Of a DNA stretch of 34,780 nucleotides, positions 8,611 through 17,433 are shown one piece after another (the stretch's first letter is position 1; the number at the start of each line of letters is the position of its first letter). The notes below the pieces were generated by a model, which did no database searches, was not told the DNA's origin, and saw nothing but the letters and a program-made list of their open reading frames with translations. The DNA is from a virus, in IMG/VR virus record IMGVR_UViG_3300044995_000220; one strand, written 5' to 3'. The translations under genes and the position numbers were made by a program.

Positions 8611-8709
8611 TGTTTGAGGCAGTGTTTATATAGTTTGGCAAGGCAAGTACTTATGCTTTCTTCCTTTCTTATTTTCTTTTCACGTCGTAAAGATGTCTAA
8701 GTTTCTGAC

Positions 8710-9042
8710 GTGAAACCAGCACGTAACGTGTCTGCGCTTCCTATTGAACATAATCGGCGTCGTGCTTCGCGCCTTTATAAGATGGAAATTCGGGCCCTGC
8801 TCGACGCAGCTAAGAATCGTCCCTGTGCGCGCTGTAAACAGCGTTTCCCGATCTGCTGTATGCAGTTTGATCATCTTCCGGGTACGCTTAAACGGTTTAA
8901 TCTCAGTGCGGCGCGTCGTGGACTAATTCCTCGTCATATCGTGTTGCAAGAGTTGCAGAAGTGCGAAGTTGTGTGTGCAAATTGTCACGCGATACGTGAG
9001 GATGATCGGCGACGCCGTGTTGATCGCTGTTTATTTGATTGA
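8710..9042 (+). CDS. small HNH endonuclease
   Basis: CARC...FDH...E..KCEVVCANCH. Confidence 0.85.
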   Translation: MKPARNVSALPIEHNRRRASRLYKMEIRALLDAAKNRPCARCKQRFPICCMQFDHLPGTLKRFNLSAARRGLIPRHIVLQELQKCEVVCANCHAIREDDRRRRVDRCLFD

Positions 9043-9549
9043 AACGAGTGAATTGTTTTTGTTTGGTGGGAGTATGTCATTTTGTGCGACGAGGCGCACA
9101 CGGCGTTGAAGATCTTCGGTGATATCGATCTCTGTTTCGTATGAGACGACTAGCACGTCTTCTGCGATAGGTAGTGTGCCGCTTGTTTCCATGTACGATC
9201 GTACAAAACGGCAGTTTTGGTAGTAGACACCTAGCCCCCAGCCGTGTTGATCTCGGAATGCCCAGCCGACACCAAAAAGTTGTTCTTGACCAATACCGTT
9301 GAGGTTTGTTCGGTAAAGGTCTTCAATAAACGTTTGGAGTTGTGTTTTCATACGTGGGGCGCGCGTCAACACACGGCGAATTTCAATGCCGTTTTCTATG
9401 CCTGGTGAAAAAGAGCGGCATCCGGTGATCATACCGAAGACAGCATATTGACCTCTTATGTTGTAAGTGGGTTCGCCGATGAACACCAGCGCGTTTTGTA
9501 CTTCAAAGGGTTGGATTTTGGTGGGGTCAAGTTCTTGTTCGGCGTTCAT
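9031..9549 (-). CDS. tail-tube-like paralogue (possible tube initiator/baseplate)
   Basis: colinear with 23875..24660: VFGM~AIGM, IRRVL~VQRVM, LFGVGWAFRD~PFGMAVIMRT, YYQNC~YLELC, IAEDV~IMEQV. Confidence 0.5.
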   Translation of the reverse strand: MNAEQELDPTKIQPFEVQNALVFIGEPTYNIRGQYAVFGMITGCRSFSPGIENGIEIRRVLTRAPRMKTQLQTFIEDLYRTNLNGIGQEQLFGVGWAFRDQHGWGLGVYYQNCRFVRSYMETSGTLPIAEDVLVVSYETEIDITEDLQRRVRLVAQNDILPPNKNNSLVSIK

Positions 9550-9650
9550 GTTTTCAACGGTAGTATGTTGATTTGAGGAAGTATGTAGTTCTTTACGGCG
9601 TCAACGTTGTTTTTATCGATGCGGGTCAAATGGGCTATTATTTTTTTGGT

Positions 9651-10265
9651 ATGATTGAACCGCGTTTGTCTATTTTGATTGCTGATATCACTGTGCAGAT
9701 GATTGGGGGTTGGCTAGCTGCCGTGTTTGCAGGGGGCGGTGTGCTTTGGGTTTTGTTTTTGCTTATGATTCGCGGGTTTTGGGACAAGACTGGTAAGCCA
9801 GCAGTTAGAGAATTGCTTGTATCTTTGTATGCGGAGCCGGAGAATGTGAAGAAGCGTACGGAGGAGATTCAGGGCGTGATTCAGATGTGGCATAATGCAC
9901 CTGAACAGATCAAAACCCGCACGGATTTTGTAAGAAGTGTGATTGACAATGAAGTGCGGCGGGATGATGGCTTGATTCATAAAGGTATTATGATGAAAGC
10001 AGATGCTTTGAAAGCTGATCTTGCTGAAAAAATTGATGATGTTGCGACGAAGCTCGATAAGTTTCGAGAGGCGCAAGAGCTTCGTGACAAGGAGACTCGT
10101 GAATTTAATTCACAAGTGTTGGCTAAGCTTGCGCGCATTGAAGGCGCTTTTTCGACGATAACTGGTCGTAATCTTGGTGCTAGTTCGACTAGTACTAGTT
10201 ACACGAATTTGCCTGCGCAGCGTTCGTCTAAGCCTGTTGGGGGCGGATCATCTTCTGATGGGTGA
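9651..10265 (+). CDS. single-TM membrane protein with coiled coil (holin candidate)
   Basis: hydrophobic MIGGWLAAVFAGGGVLWVLFLLMI followed by a charged heptad-like region. Confidence 0.45.
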   Translation: MIEPRLSILIADITVQMIGGWLAAVFAGGGVLWVLFLLMIRGFWDKTGKPAVRELLVSLYAEPENVKKRTEEIQGVIQMWHNAPEQIKTRTDFVRSVIDNEVRRDDGLIHKGIMMKADALKADLAEKIDDVATKLDKFREAQELRDKETREFNSQVLAKLARIEGAFSTITGRNLGASSTSTSYTNLPAQRSSKPVGGGSSSDG

Positions 10266-10766
10266 TTAGTTTCCAGGTAGCGCTGCCAGCTGTGCTGGTA
10301 GCACTGCCAGCTGTGCCCATCCAACTATGGCTTGTGCTGCGGTGTCCATGCTTTGTACGTGGACTTCGTAGGGGTCAGCGATGTTTACGTCGAAGTTTTG
10401 GTGAGGCACGTAGTTTAGTACATCGCTGACGTACTGCTGTGGGGTCGTTCCTGTAGCTTCGATGTATTCGTTTCCAAAGCCATCTAGATTTGCTACGTAG
10501 TTTAAAGTGGTGCAGTTGTAGAGCCGTACACGTGCGGCGAATTGACCAGTACTATAGAGCACTACGCGAAATACAACACGACGACCGTTAGTCAGGTCGT
10601 GTTCTTCTGGATTCCATATTTGAGTGCCTGCGACTTCGATTCCCGTGTTTCCTGGCGTGGTGATATACCGTCCGCACAATTCACGGTATGTAAATTGTAG
10701 TTTGGAGGGATTTGTCGGGGGTACGTTGCTACTGCCTGGAAGCACGTATGCGCGTGAGACTAGCAT
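10266..10766 (-). CDS. hypothetical, probably structural beta-sandwich protein
   Basis: ATG-started 166-aa ORF exactly abutting the convergent gene. Confidence 0.55.
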   Translation of the reverse strand: MLVSRAYVLPGSSNVPPTNPSKLQFTYRELCGRYITTPGNTGIEVAGTQIWNPEEHDLTNGRRVVFRVVLYSTGQFAARVRLYNCTTLNYVANLDGFGNEYIEATGTTPQQYVSDVLNYVPHQNFDVNIADPYEVHVQSMDTAAQAIVGWAQLAVLPAQLAALPGN

Positions 10767-10798
10767 GTTCTATAGTTTAGCTACAATTCGCATTTGAA

Positions 10799-11596
10799 AT
10801 GTATCCTAGCGCTGTTGGTCACAAATTTTTGATTCAGTATACGGTGTCAGGAACCGGATTTTTTGACGGCACCGAGTATGGACGTGCGCGGCTTACTGTT
10901 GACCCTGGGCTTGGAGCTGACTCGGTCGTTTATTTTGCGTCGAAGCTTTATGGGTCAGCGTCTAATGCATTAACTGTTGAGTATGTCGATGCGGGTCCTG
11001 GTGTGATTGTTGGTGCGACCACGGTTACACAGATTGGGCCTGCAATTCGTGTATTGCTGCGGCGTAGTGCTGCAGCAGTGCTCGCAACTGCTGCTGAGGT
11101 TGCGGCTGCGGTCAATGCCTTTACCGCGTATAACTCGCCAGGCTATGCTATTTCTGCGCGCGCTGGAGGTAACGGTACTGGTGTTGTAGCTGCAATTGGA
11201 CCGCTTTCGTTTACGGGTGGAGCAGACCCGATTCGTGTAGGAAGTCAGTTTCTTTGGACTGTGCCGACCAATGGCAACGCTGGCTTTGTTCACCTAGAGA
11301 ATTCATTTCCTATGTGGATTCTCGGTTTTTCTGCGAGATTTAATGTTTTGTTGCCAGGACCGTTTACAGTCTCTCTTGCGCGTGTGCGGCTGGAGCCTGA
11401 TTTTACGCCAATTCTTTCTGAGGCGGTGAATTTCTTTGTTTTCAACGGTTTGACGCCTAGTGCACCCGACATTGCGTACACTGATGTCAAACAGTTGATT
11501 CATCCTGGTCAAGGTATTCTGGTGACTACAAGCGCGCCACTGACAGGTTTTTTCAACATAGACGTGACGCGGGCAGCTGAATTCCCTTATGCTTGA
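10799..11596 (+). CDS. virion structural protein, paralogue of 7840..8610
   Basis: colinear motifs with 7840..8610; contains the G..SN...TAAEVAAAVN...FTGG module. Confidence 0.65.
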   Translation: MYPSAVGHKFLIQYTVSGTGFFDGTEYGRARLTVDPGLGADSVVYFASKLYGSASNALTVEYVDAGPGVIVGATTVTQIGPAIRVLLRRSAAAVLATAAEVAAAVNAFTAYNSPGYAISARAGGNGTGVVAAIGPLSFTGGADPIRVGSQFLWTVPTNGNAGFVHLENSFPMWILGFSARFNVLLPGPFTVSLARVRLEPDFTPILSEAVNFFVFNGLTPSAPDIAYTDVKQLIHPGQGILVTTSAPLTGFFNIDVTRAAEFPYA

Positions 11597-11602
11597 GGTA
11601 CA

Positions 11603-11965
11603 ATGAATTCCTACGAGTATCTTTTGAATTACGCTGGTGATTCGTTTGGTTATGGCACACCACGGCTAGAAAAGACTGCTGGTGGTTTGCTTAAAGATAT
11701 TGAGACTGCATTGCGACGTCGTCGCTTGATGGAAGCAGCACAGCAGGCTGCGCTTAAGAACGCTGAACCGGCAGCCCGTCGATATCGTGCTGCGCGCGAT
11801 GCTGTGCTTAGAAGACTTGGGATGTATGGTCTTGGGGCTGCGCTCGGTGGTCTGGCGCTTTATGGTATTGGCCGCCACATAAAGAGTCGGCTGGAGGAGC
11901 CTAATCCTTCTTCTGAGGATTTTATCGGTGAGTATGCTAGTACTCCTAGTACAATGTATCGTTGA
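11603..11965 (+). CDS. putative internal head protein with K-x-A sites and a Gly-rich hydrophobic helix
   Basis: EKTA, LKNA; LGMYGLGAALGGLALYGIG; GAGG SD. Confidence 0.5.
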   Translation: MNSYEYLLNYAGDSFGYGTPRLEKTAGGLLKDIETALRRRRLMEAAQQAALKNAEPAARRYRAARDAVLRRLGMYGLGAALGGLALYGIGRHIKSRLEEPNPSSEDFIGEYASTPSTMYR

Positions 11966-11968
11966 GCT

Positions 11969-12457
11969 ATGCCTGTTATTGGTTATCCTGTTTCTTCGTC
12001 AATTTTGACGCGTGATGAGATTCGGCGTTTTATGCGGGATTATCCTGGTCCTGTGAAGGACACAGGCGTGCTCAACGTGCTACTTGATAACGTTGAGTTT
12101 TCTGACGCTGATATTGATGCAGCGCTCAACCACGCAGTCGACCTTTATAATGTTATGACGCCGGTAACAAATCTCAGCATGGATTCTATTCCGCGTCCGA
12201 TACTTCTTTATGGTGCAGTTTCGCATCTGATGCTTTCTGAGGGTATGCGCCAGTTGCGTAATCAAGCCACCGTGCAGGATGGTAACGTCCAGCCGATTGG
12301 TATTGATGATAAGCAAGCGCTTTATCAGCAGTGGGCTGATTGGATGCGCAATCAGTTTTTAATGATGGCTCGCTCTGTGAAGACGCAGCGTAATATGGAA
12401 GCGGCTTGGGGGGGTCTTAGCTCGGGTTATCTTAACACTTCGCGTAGTCGGGGTTGA
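11969..12457 (+). CDS. head-tail adaptor (neck) protein
   Basis: helical 162 aa with EIRRFMRD..N.LLD..EFSD..I..A...A...N..P, LL.GA, RNQ, DDK...Y; resembles connector proteins. Confidence 0.6.
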   Translation: MPVIGYPVSSSILTRDEIRRFMRDYPGPVKDTGVLNVLLDNVEFSDADIDAALNHAVDLYNVMTPVTNLSMDSIPRPILLYGAVSHLMLSEGMRQLRNQATVQDGNVQPIGIDDKQALYQQWADWMRNQFLMMARSVKTQRNMEAAWGGLSSGYLNTSRSRG

Positions 12458-12498
12458 AATAGTTATACTGCGTATTTTACGCGTATAATTTTTTTGCT

Positions 12499-14064
12499 AT
12501 GCCTGAGAATAAAGTGACTTCGTCACCCGATGAATCGTCTGAGTCTTCATCGTGGAGTGGACGTCTTCCTTGGTTACTTGCTGCGCTCGCTGCGACTGGA
12601 GCTGGTGCGGGTGCTTACCGTTATTTGCGGCAGCGTCGCCTCAGTAAGAACCCTCTTTTACGTAAGATTCAGTTGCAGTCTAAAGGTAAGTTTACTCGTG
12701 TACTGCCTTATACTGGTGAAGAACGGGGGGCTATTGGTCGTGCGCTTGATCGGTTGTTTGAAGCGGGCGGCGGTAAGGTTTTGTATGAGCAGGATCTTGA
12801 AGCTCTCAGGGATCAGTTGGGCAAGAAGATGAGGGTATCAGGTGCAGTGTTGCACCGCCGTCGTACTGGTACGGATTATCTTAAGGGTGATGTAAATCTG
12901 ACATCTAATAAGGCAGCAAGAAAGATTCATGAAGCCCTTAGGAATGACAAGTGGCGCGAATATGAGTTGATTAATAAAGTGGCGCCGGGTGTAATGGGGC
13001 GGAGTGAGAACATTAAAGATATTCTTGCTCGTATGGGGTATGACAAAATCCCGATTGATCCAGCCGAGCAAGCTAAAATGCTCAAGGCGCTTCAAGCGGA
13101 GCTGAAAGCTAGATATCCTAAGGGGTTTTTGCTCAAGGATACTCGTTCGGCTGAAACTGGTGGGCTATTCCCTACTGAGAAGGATGATTTTAATAAGTTG
13201 CTCCAACGCTGGCTCAAATCTGGGTATCACGCCGATAAAGAGAAGGCGCTAAAGGAGCTGGCGAGTCAAGGAATTGATCATTTTACATCTGAATATCGCA
13301 AAGCGCTCAAGAGGAAGTACATTGATACATATTCTGGGCGTGTCCTTGAAAAATTGCTTGATAATCCTGAACTCGTTATGGTGCAAGAAAAGTTGCCGCT
13401 AGAGCAAGGCTCTCTTCTTGGCCGACTTGTTGGTAAGTTTACGGGTAATCCGTCAACTAAAGAGATGCGAGTTCATGTTGTTAATGGCGTTGTTGTACCG
13501 GAACTTGTTGTACCGCGATTTGATCCTATGATGCTTATTACTGGCCGCAAACATATGCGCCAAGCGGAAGCTGTCGCTAATAAAATTATCAAAAATTTAC
13601 CTAAAGAGTATCGACGTGCGACATTTGCAATGGACATTACGCCAGTGAGAAATCCTAGGACAGGTAAAATTGAATACAAGGTGATTGAAACTAACCCGTC
13701 TGGCGTTAGTGGTATGTTTTACGCTAGGAACAATCCGATCGCTGGATTCAAACTGTATCGTGCGTTCACCGGTCGGCATAGTCGTCCTGTTGCGGCTATG
13801 GGTGGAGCCCTCGCAGGTACACTAGCTGGAGCTGGCGCATATGGCGTTGCTCGCACCATGATGAGTCCTAGCGCGGAGGAACATAAATCTCAGCAAATGG
13901 CTACACCTTATCATCGTCTTAGAGCGCCGCAGCAGGCAGCTGCATTGCAGCATAAGCCTCCAGCTAAAGCGCCGCAGCAGGCAGCTGCATTGCAGCATAA
14001 GTCTCCAGTCAAATCGCCGCAGCAGGAGACTTCACCCCCTCTTGGATCGCCCCCTATCGGTTAA
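12499..14064 (+). CDS. ATP-grasp ligase-family protein flanked by two Gly/Ala-rich hydrophobic segments
   Basis: DKWREY, GFLLK, VMVQEKL, EMRVHVVNG, FAMDI, VIETNPSGVSG in canonical order. Confidence 0.8.
   Translation: MPENKVTSSPDESSESSSWSGRLPWLLAALAATGAGAGAYRYLRQRRLSKNPLLRKIQLQSKGKFTRVLPYTGEERGAIGRALDRLFEAGGGKVLYEQDLEALRDQLGKKMRVSGAVLHRRRTGTDYLKGDVNLTSNKAARKIHEALRNDKWREYELINKVAPGVMGRSENIKDILARMGYDKIPIDPAEQAKMLKALQAELKARYPKGFLLKDTRSAETGGLFPTEKDDFNKLLQRWLKSGYHADKEKALKELASQGIDHFTSEYRKALKRKYIDTYSGRVLEKLLDNPELVMVQEKLPLEQGSLLGRLVGKFTGNPSTKEMRVHVVNGVVVPELVVPRFDPMMLITGRKHMRQAEAVANKIIKNLPKEYRRATFAMDITPVRNPRTGKIEYKVIETNPSGVSGMFYARNNPIAGFKLYRAFTGRHSRPVAAMGGALAGTLAGAGAYGVARTMMSPSAEEHKSQQMATPYHRLRAPQQAAALQHKPPAKAPQQAAALQHKSPVKSPQQETSPPLGSPPIG
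13923..14026 (+). repeat. 45-bp in-frame tandem repeat, 2.3 copies (APQQAAALQHKxPxK)
   Basis: units start at 13923, 13968 and 14013. Confidence 0.9.
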
Positions 14065-14145
14065 TGGTTGCAGTGGGTGTTTAAATAATGACTTTACTGC
14101 GTAATCCGTTTGATGATGTACACTTGAGAAAGAAAGGAGAGATGC

Positions 14146-14472
14146 GTGAAGACTTCTCCTAAGACTTTGTCAGTTTTGCATAAGCAGGCGACTACGCCGC
14201 TTTCGATGTTTGTTCGAGCTGCGCGCAAGGAGGCAGCGCTTAAGACGATCTTAGCGCGTTATAAACTCAGTAATCTCAAGCAAGCTGATATTGATAAGCT
14301 CATTAGAGGGCATGTTGTTGCGATGCCAAGGCCTGGGCATCAGACGTCGGCTGAAGAAGCAGTAATTGCCGATCGGCTTGAACGTGTTTTTGATCGCGCT
14401 GACGCTAGAACGCAGTCCACTGGTGAGGAATCCCCGCTTGGGGAGATGCCTTTGGAAGGGAGCGTGACTTGA
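14146..14472 (+). CDS. putative internal head protein (K-x-A)
   Basis: AAGGAG SD before GTG; KQA, KEA, KQA. Confidence 0.55.
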   Translation: MKTSPKTLSVLHKQATTPLSMFVRAARKEAALKTILARYKLSNLKQADIDKLIRGHVVAMPRPGHQTSAEEAVIADRLERVFDRADARTQSTGEESPLGEMPLEGSVT

Positions 14473-14786
14473 TGAATTTACGCAAGTTTGCACGAGCTCT
14501 CGCCGCGCGCCGTGTTGTCAACTTGTATCTTAAAACTGCTAGCCCTGAGTTGTTGGCACGTACGTTTCCTGCTCTTTCTGCAGCTTTTGATGCATATAGT
14601 GCAGTGCGTGAACAACAACGGCAAGAGGCTCTCGCACGCCAGTTGGCTTCATATCCGAGCCTTATGGCTGAGTATACTAGGTTTCAGAGTTTACCGTTAA
14701 CTAGTGATTACGGGCAAACTTCATCGGCACCTACAGGACATCATCATCGTCATTACCATAGACGTCACCACCATCATGTGGGTTAA
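14472..14786 (+). CDS. putative internal head protein with His/Arg-rich tail
   Basis: TGATG coupling; RKFA, LKTA; HHHRHYHRRHHHH. Confidence 0.6.
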   Translation: MNLRKFARALAARRVVNLYLKTASPELLARTFPALSAAFDAYSAVREQQRQEALARQLASYPSLMAEYTRFQSLPLTSDYGQTSSAPTGHHHRHYHRRHHHHVG

Positions 14787-14795
14787 AATTTGAGC

Positions 14796-15347
14796 ATGCA
14801 CGCTATTCCGTTCGACATTTGTCTTCGTTGTAATAAAGTTCGTACAGTACTCGCGTTTAGTATTAAGCCTGTTGTGCCGCGCTGTGCTTGTACTGATGGC
14901 GATGTGATGTGCACTCCTGATGGGGTATTTCAACAGGCCGTATTTGATGCTTATGCGGTGTTAGCTGTAGAATGCGTTGAGGAAGATCTTTTGCACATGT
15001 TGCTGCGTATGCAGCATTTTGCGTCGAGTGCGGGTGCAGCATTGCTGGAAGGTGATACTAAGCTATTTGTGTCGTGTTTAGTGAGCAACATTGCGATATC
15101 GTGGTTGCTTATGGCGCGCACTTGTATTTTTGATGAAGTTAATAGGTATGACGAGGCTGATGAGGTTGATGAGGCTGACGAAGCTGACGAAGCGAGTGAG
15201 TTTGACGAGGCTGATAAATCGAGTGAGTTTGACGAGGCTGACGAATTGAGCGCGATTGACGAGGTGGATGCGCCAAGCGAAGTTAGCGAGTCTGACGATG
15301 TCAATGTCGCGGAATACATGGTTGGCCCGTCTGCGCGCAATTCGTAA
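14796..15347 (+). CDS. hypothetical protein with Cys-rich N-terminus and acidic DEA-repeat tail
   Basis: CLRC...CAC; DEADEVDEADEADE; TAAAAT 6 nt before ATG. Confidence 0.55.
   Translation: MHAIPFDICLRCNKVRTVLAFSIKPVVPRCACTDGDVMCTPDGVFQQAVFDAYAVLAVECVEEDLLHMLLRMQHFASSAGAALLEGDTKLFVSCLVSNIAISWLLMARTCIFDEVNRYDEADEVDEADEADEASEFDEADKSSEFDEADELSAIDEVDAPSEVSESDDVNVAEYMVGPSARNS
15150..15245 (+). repeat. nested 9-bp/27-bp in-frame repeats encoding the acidic tract
   Basis: GACGAGGCT-like units; CGAGTGAGTTTGACGAGGCTGA occurs twice, 27 bp apart. Confidence 0.8.
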
Positions 15348-15561
15348 GGTCGCGGTTGAGTACGGCCTTGATGGAGATGCGCTCGCTACGATTGGAGAGA
15401 TTTCTCGTTCGCCTGCGCCGGAACGTTCAATCGATTATAGGTATGACCGACAGAAGCAGCGTTCTGGTATTACTGAAGCGTTTGACGCAAACGCAACGCT
15501 TGATCGAGCCGTGCCTTCGCACATGCCGGAACCTAGCGTAATTCATAGGCATGTTGGATGA
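15298..15561 (+). CDS. small hypothetical protein (RKVA site; start uncertain)
   Basis: fills the gap between neighbours; ATG at 15298 or 15304. Confidence 0.45.
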   Translation: MSMSRNTWLARLRAIRKVAVEYGLDGDALATIGEISRSPAPERSIDYRYDRQKQRSGITEAFDANATLDRAVPSHMPEPSVIHRHVG

Positions 15562-15573
15562 TTGGCGTTACGC

Positions 15574-16029
15574 ATGTCGTGCGTAGATAAAATATATGAG
15601 GTTATAGCCGCGCTGAACCTGAATAGGACTCAGCTCGCGGACATACTCCGAGTGCCGCGCTCCACTCTTTATGCGTGGTTTGACGGCAAGGAGCCGCACG
15701 CCGCTATTGTGCAGCGGTTGACAAAGTTGGCGCAGCTCCTGGAGAATGCGGGCGTCTCTGCCACTGATTCGATCAGTCCGCGCTTTGTGCGCCAGTCTCT
15801 GGGCGAGGGTGAGCCGTCGCTGCTTGACCTGCTGAAGGCTGACACGTTAGACGAGGTACGCGTCGCCCCAGTTCTTGTACGGGCGAAGGAGCTTGAAACC
15901 GAGGCTAAACGGACGCGGATGGCTCGTGAGTATCGGCTGCGAAAGCTTGGGTTCTTCGAACCCACTGCCGAACAGTGCAAGGAGAACCTCGCCTTCAACG
16001 TCGCATTGCGTGAGTGGCCGAAGGAGTGA
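15574..16029 (+). CDS. XRE-type HTH protein, antitoxin-like
   Basis: LNLNRTQLADILRVPRSTLYAWFDG HTH; appears more C/GC-rich than flanking genes. Confidence 0.7.
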   Translation: MSCVDKIYEVIAALNLNRTQLADILRVPRSTLYAWFDGKEPHAAIVQRLTKLAQLLENAGVSATDSISPRFVRQSLGEGEPSLLDLLKADTLDEVRVAPVLVRAKELETEAKRTRMAREYRLRKLGFFEPTAEQCKENLAFNVALREWPKE

Positions 16030-16036
16030 TGGCTGT

Positions 16037-16420
16037 TTATTCGAATAACCAAATTTCGCCTCGCGCGCTTGTTGGTACTGTGATGTACAACGAGCTGGCG
16101 GGCGCATTATAGCGGAAGAGCATCAACACTGGCCGGTCTGACGGCGGTGGTGTTGGGTTTGCCGAGAGCACTGTTGCACCGTCCCCGGCGGCGTTCCATG
16201 CAAGGTTGATTGAGCCTTCGTATAGGAAAACTAGCACGAAACGGGGGTTAGTTATTGATCCAGCTGGGACTAATTGGTTTGTCACCGGGGTGTTATAGTT
16301 GAATCCGTAGATGACTTTTTCGGTGTAAGATAGGTCGAAGTTTATGGGTACGGGCGCTGGTTGGGCGCCTTCGGCGAGTTGAACGAGTAGGTTTCCTGTA
16401 AGCTTGATTGTGGAGGACAT
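16037..16420 (-). CDS. small beta-rich hypothetical protein, probably virion
   Basis: ATG-started 127-aa ORF downstream of the endolysin. Confidence 0.55.
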   Translation of the reverse strand: MSSTIKLTGNLLVQLAEGAQPAPVPINFDLSYTEKVIYGFNYNTPVTNQLVPAGSITNPRFVLVFLYEGSINLAWNAAGDGATVLSANPTPPPSDRPVLMLFRYNAPASSLYITVPTSARGEIWLFE

Positions 16421-16438
16421 ACTTTAGTGTAGAATAGT

Positions 16439-17359
16439 TTAGGCGAGTCCGACACGTTGCCGCCATTCTACTGGACGCGCCTTTAGCCATGCAGGCACAC
16501 CGCGCGATTCGTCTCCAGGTCGAGGTACGAGCATGCCGCCTTTGCCGTAGCGTCCGTCACGGATTAGAGCGGCACGTGTCAGTGGGCCTGGGATGCCGTC
16601 TGGGTCTAGACCGAGTTGTGCTTGCAGATCTTTCCACATTTGGAGGTCTTCGCCAGCTTCGACATCGAGTGCAAGATAACCAGCGGCTTTGAGTGCGAGA
16701 AATGGCAGATCGGATGGATCACCCTCACCGCGTTGAGGGCGTAGTTTGCCGGTATTTTTATCGATGCTCCAGATGTTGCGATGTCCGTAAAACAAGCATA
16801 GCGATGCGCCTGCGCCGTGCGCGCTGAGCGCTCGTGTAAGCATACCTGCATAGGGTCTACCGTTTCGCCATGCAATTACACGCGGAATACCGCAGTGGTA
16901 TGACCACTCGTCACACAGTCGTACGTAACCTTCGAGCTGTACTTGTGTGAGGGTGCCTTCTGGAGTTTGAACTAGCTCCCAGCCATCGGTGTAACGGTTG
17001 ACTTGTGCTGCATGCCATGATGCACCCCGGCCAGGGTCGTAGCTTTGGATTGCGGTTGTGTCGAGGTCTTTGGTGAGAGTCCATGATTTGTCGTCTTTGT
17101 TGACGTTGTATCGAGCGAATGCCCAATCGCGAAGCGATTCAATTAAATTTCTGTCATCGAGGCGTCTTACGGTACCAGACGTTGTATGGGTGACGTGACC
17201 GCGAATCCAGTCTGTTGTGGGATCGCGAGGTGTTACTTCCGTCAGTTTTGGAATCTTAGTGCTTTTGCCGCCTGTGACTTTGCGTACAACTTCGGGAGGA
17301 TCGAGGAAGCAGGCAGTGTCTGGAATGTCGATTTTTTGGTCATATAGAACAATGCTCAT
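16439..17359 (-). CDS. endolysin: Amidase_2-type N-acetylmuramoyl-L-alanine amidase with C-terminal peptidoglycan-binding domain
   Basis: HVTHTTSG, SWHA..VN..T.G.E, YGHR, DP; LQAQLGLDPDGIPGPLTRAAL (DG..GP.T). Confidence 0.85.
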   Translation of the reverse strand: MSIVLYDQKIDIPDTACFLDPPEVVRKVTGGKSTKIPKLTEVTPRDPTTDWIRGHVTHTTSGTVRRLDDRNLIESLRDWAFARYNVNKDDKSWTLTKDLDTTAIQSYDPGRGASWHAAQVNRYTDGWELVQTPEGTLTQVQLEGYVRLCDEWSYHCGIPRVIAWRNGRPYAGMLTRALSAHGAGASLCLFYGHRNIWSIDKNTGKLRPQRGEGDPSDLPFLALKAAGYLALDVEAGEDLQMWKDLQAQLGLDPDGIPGPLTRAALIRDGRYGKGGMLVPRPGDESRGVPAWLKARPVEWRQRVGLA

Positions 17360-17433
17360 ATTATAAGGTTAGTGGTTTGTTTCTTTACGCCGTATGCTTT
17401 GTCTAGTTGTGCAGGAGCTGGTACGTTAGGGGC

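Noticed and set aside
8710-9042. HNH as an intron-borne homing element
   Set aside because: Free-standing with its own start signal; no interrupted flanking gene or intron structure was evident.
10277-10317. 21-bp duplication (AQLAVLP/AQLAALP)
   Set aside because: Minor in-frame C-terminal duplication with no sign of function.
13923-15245. Tandem repeats as a possible CRISPR array
   Set aside because: Unit lengths are multiples of 3, in frame within CDSs, with no unique spacers and no cas genes.
14951-15340. Ser-rich minus-strand ORF
   Set aside because: Antisense read of the DEA repeats.
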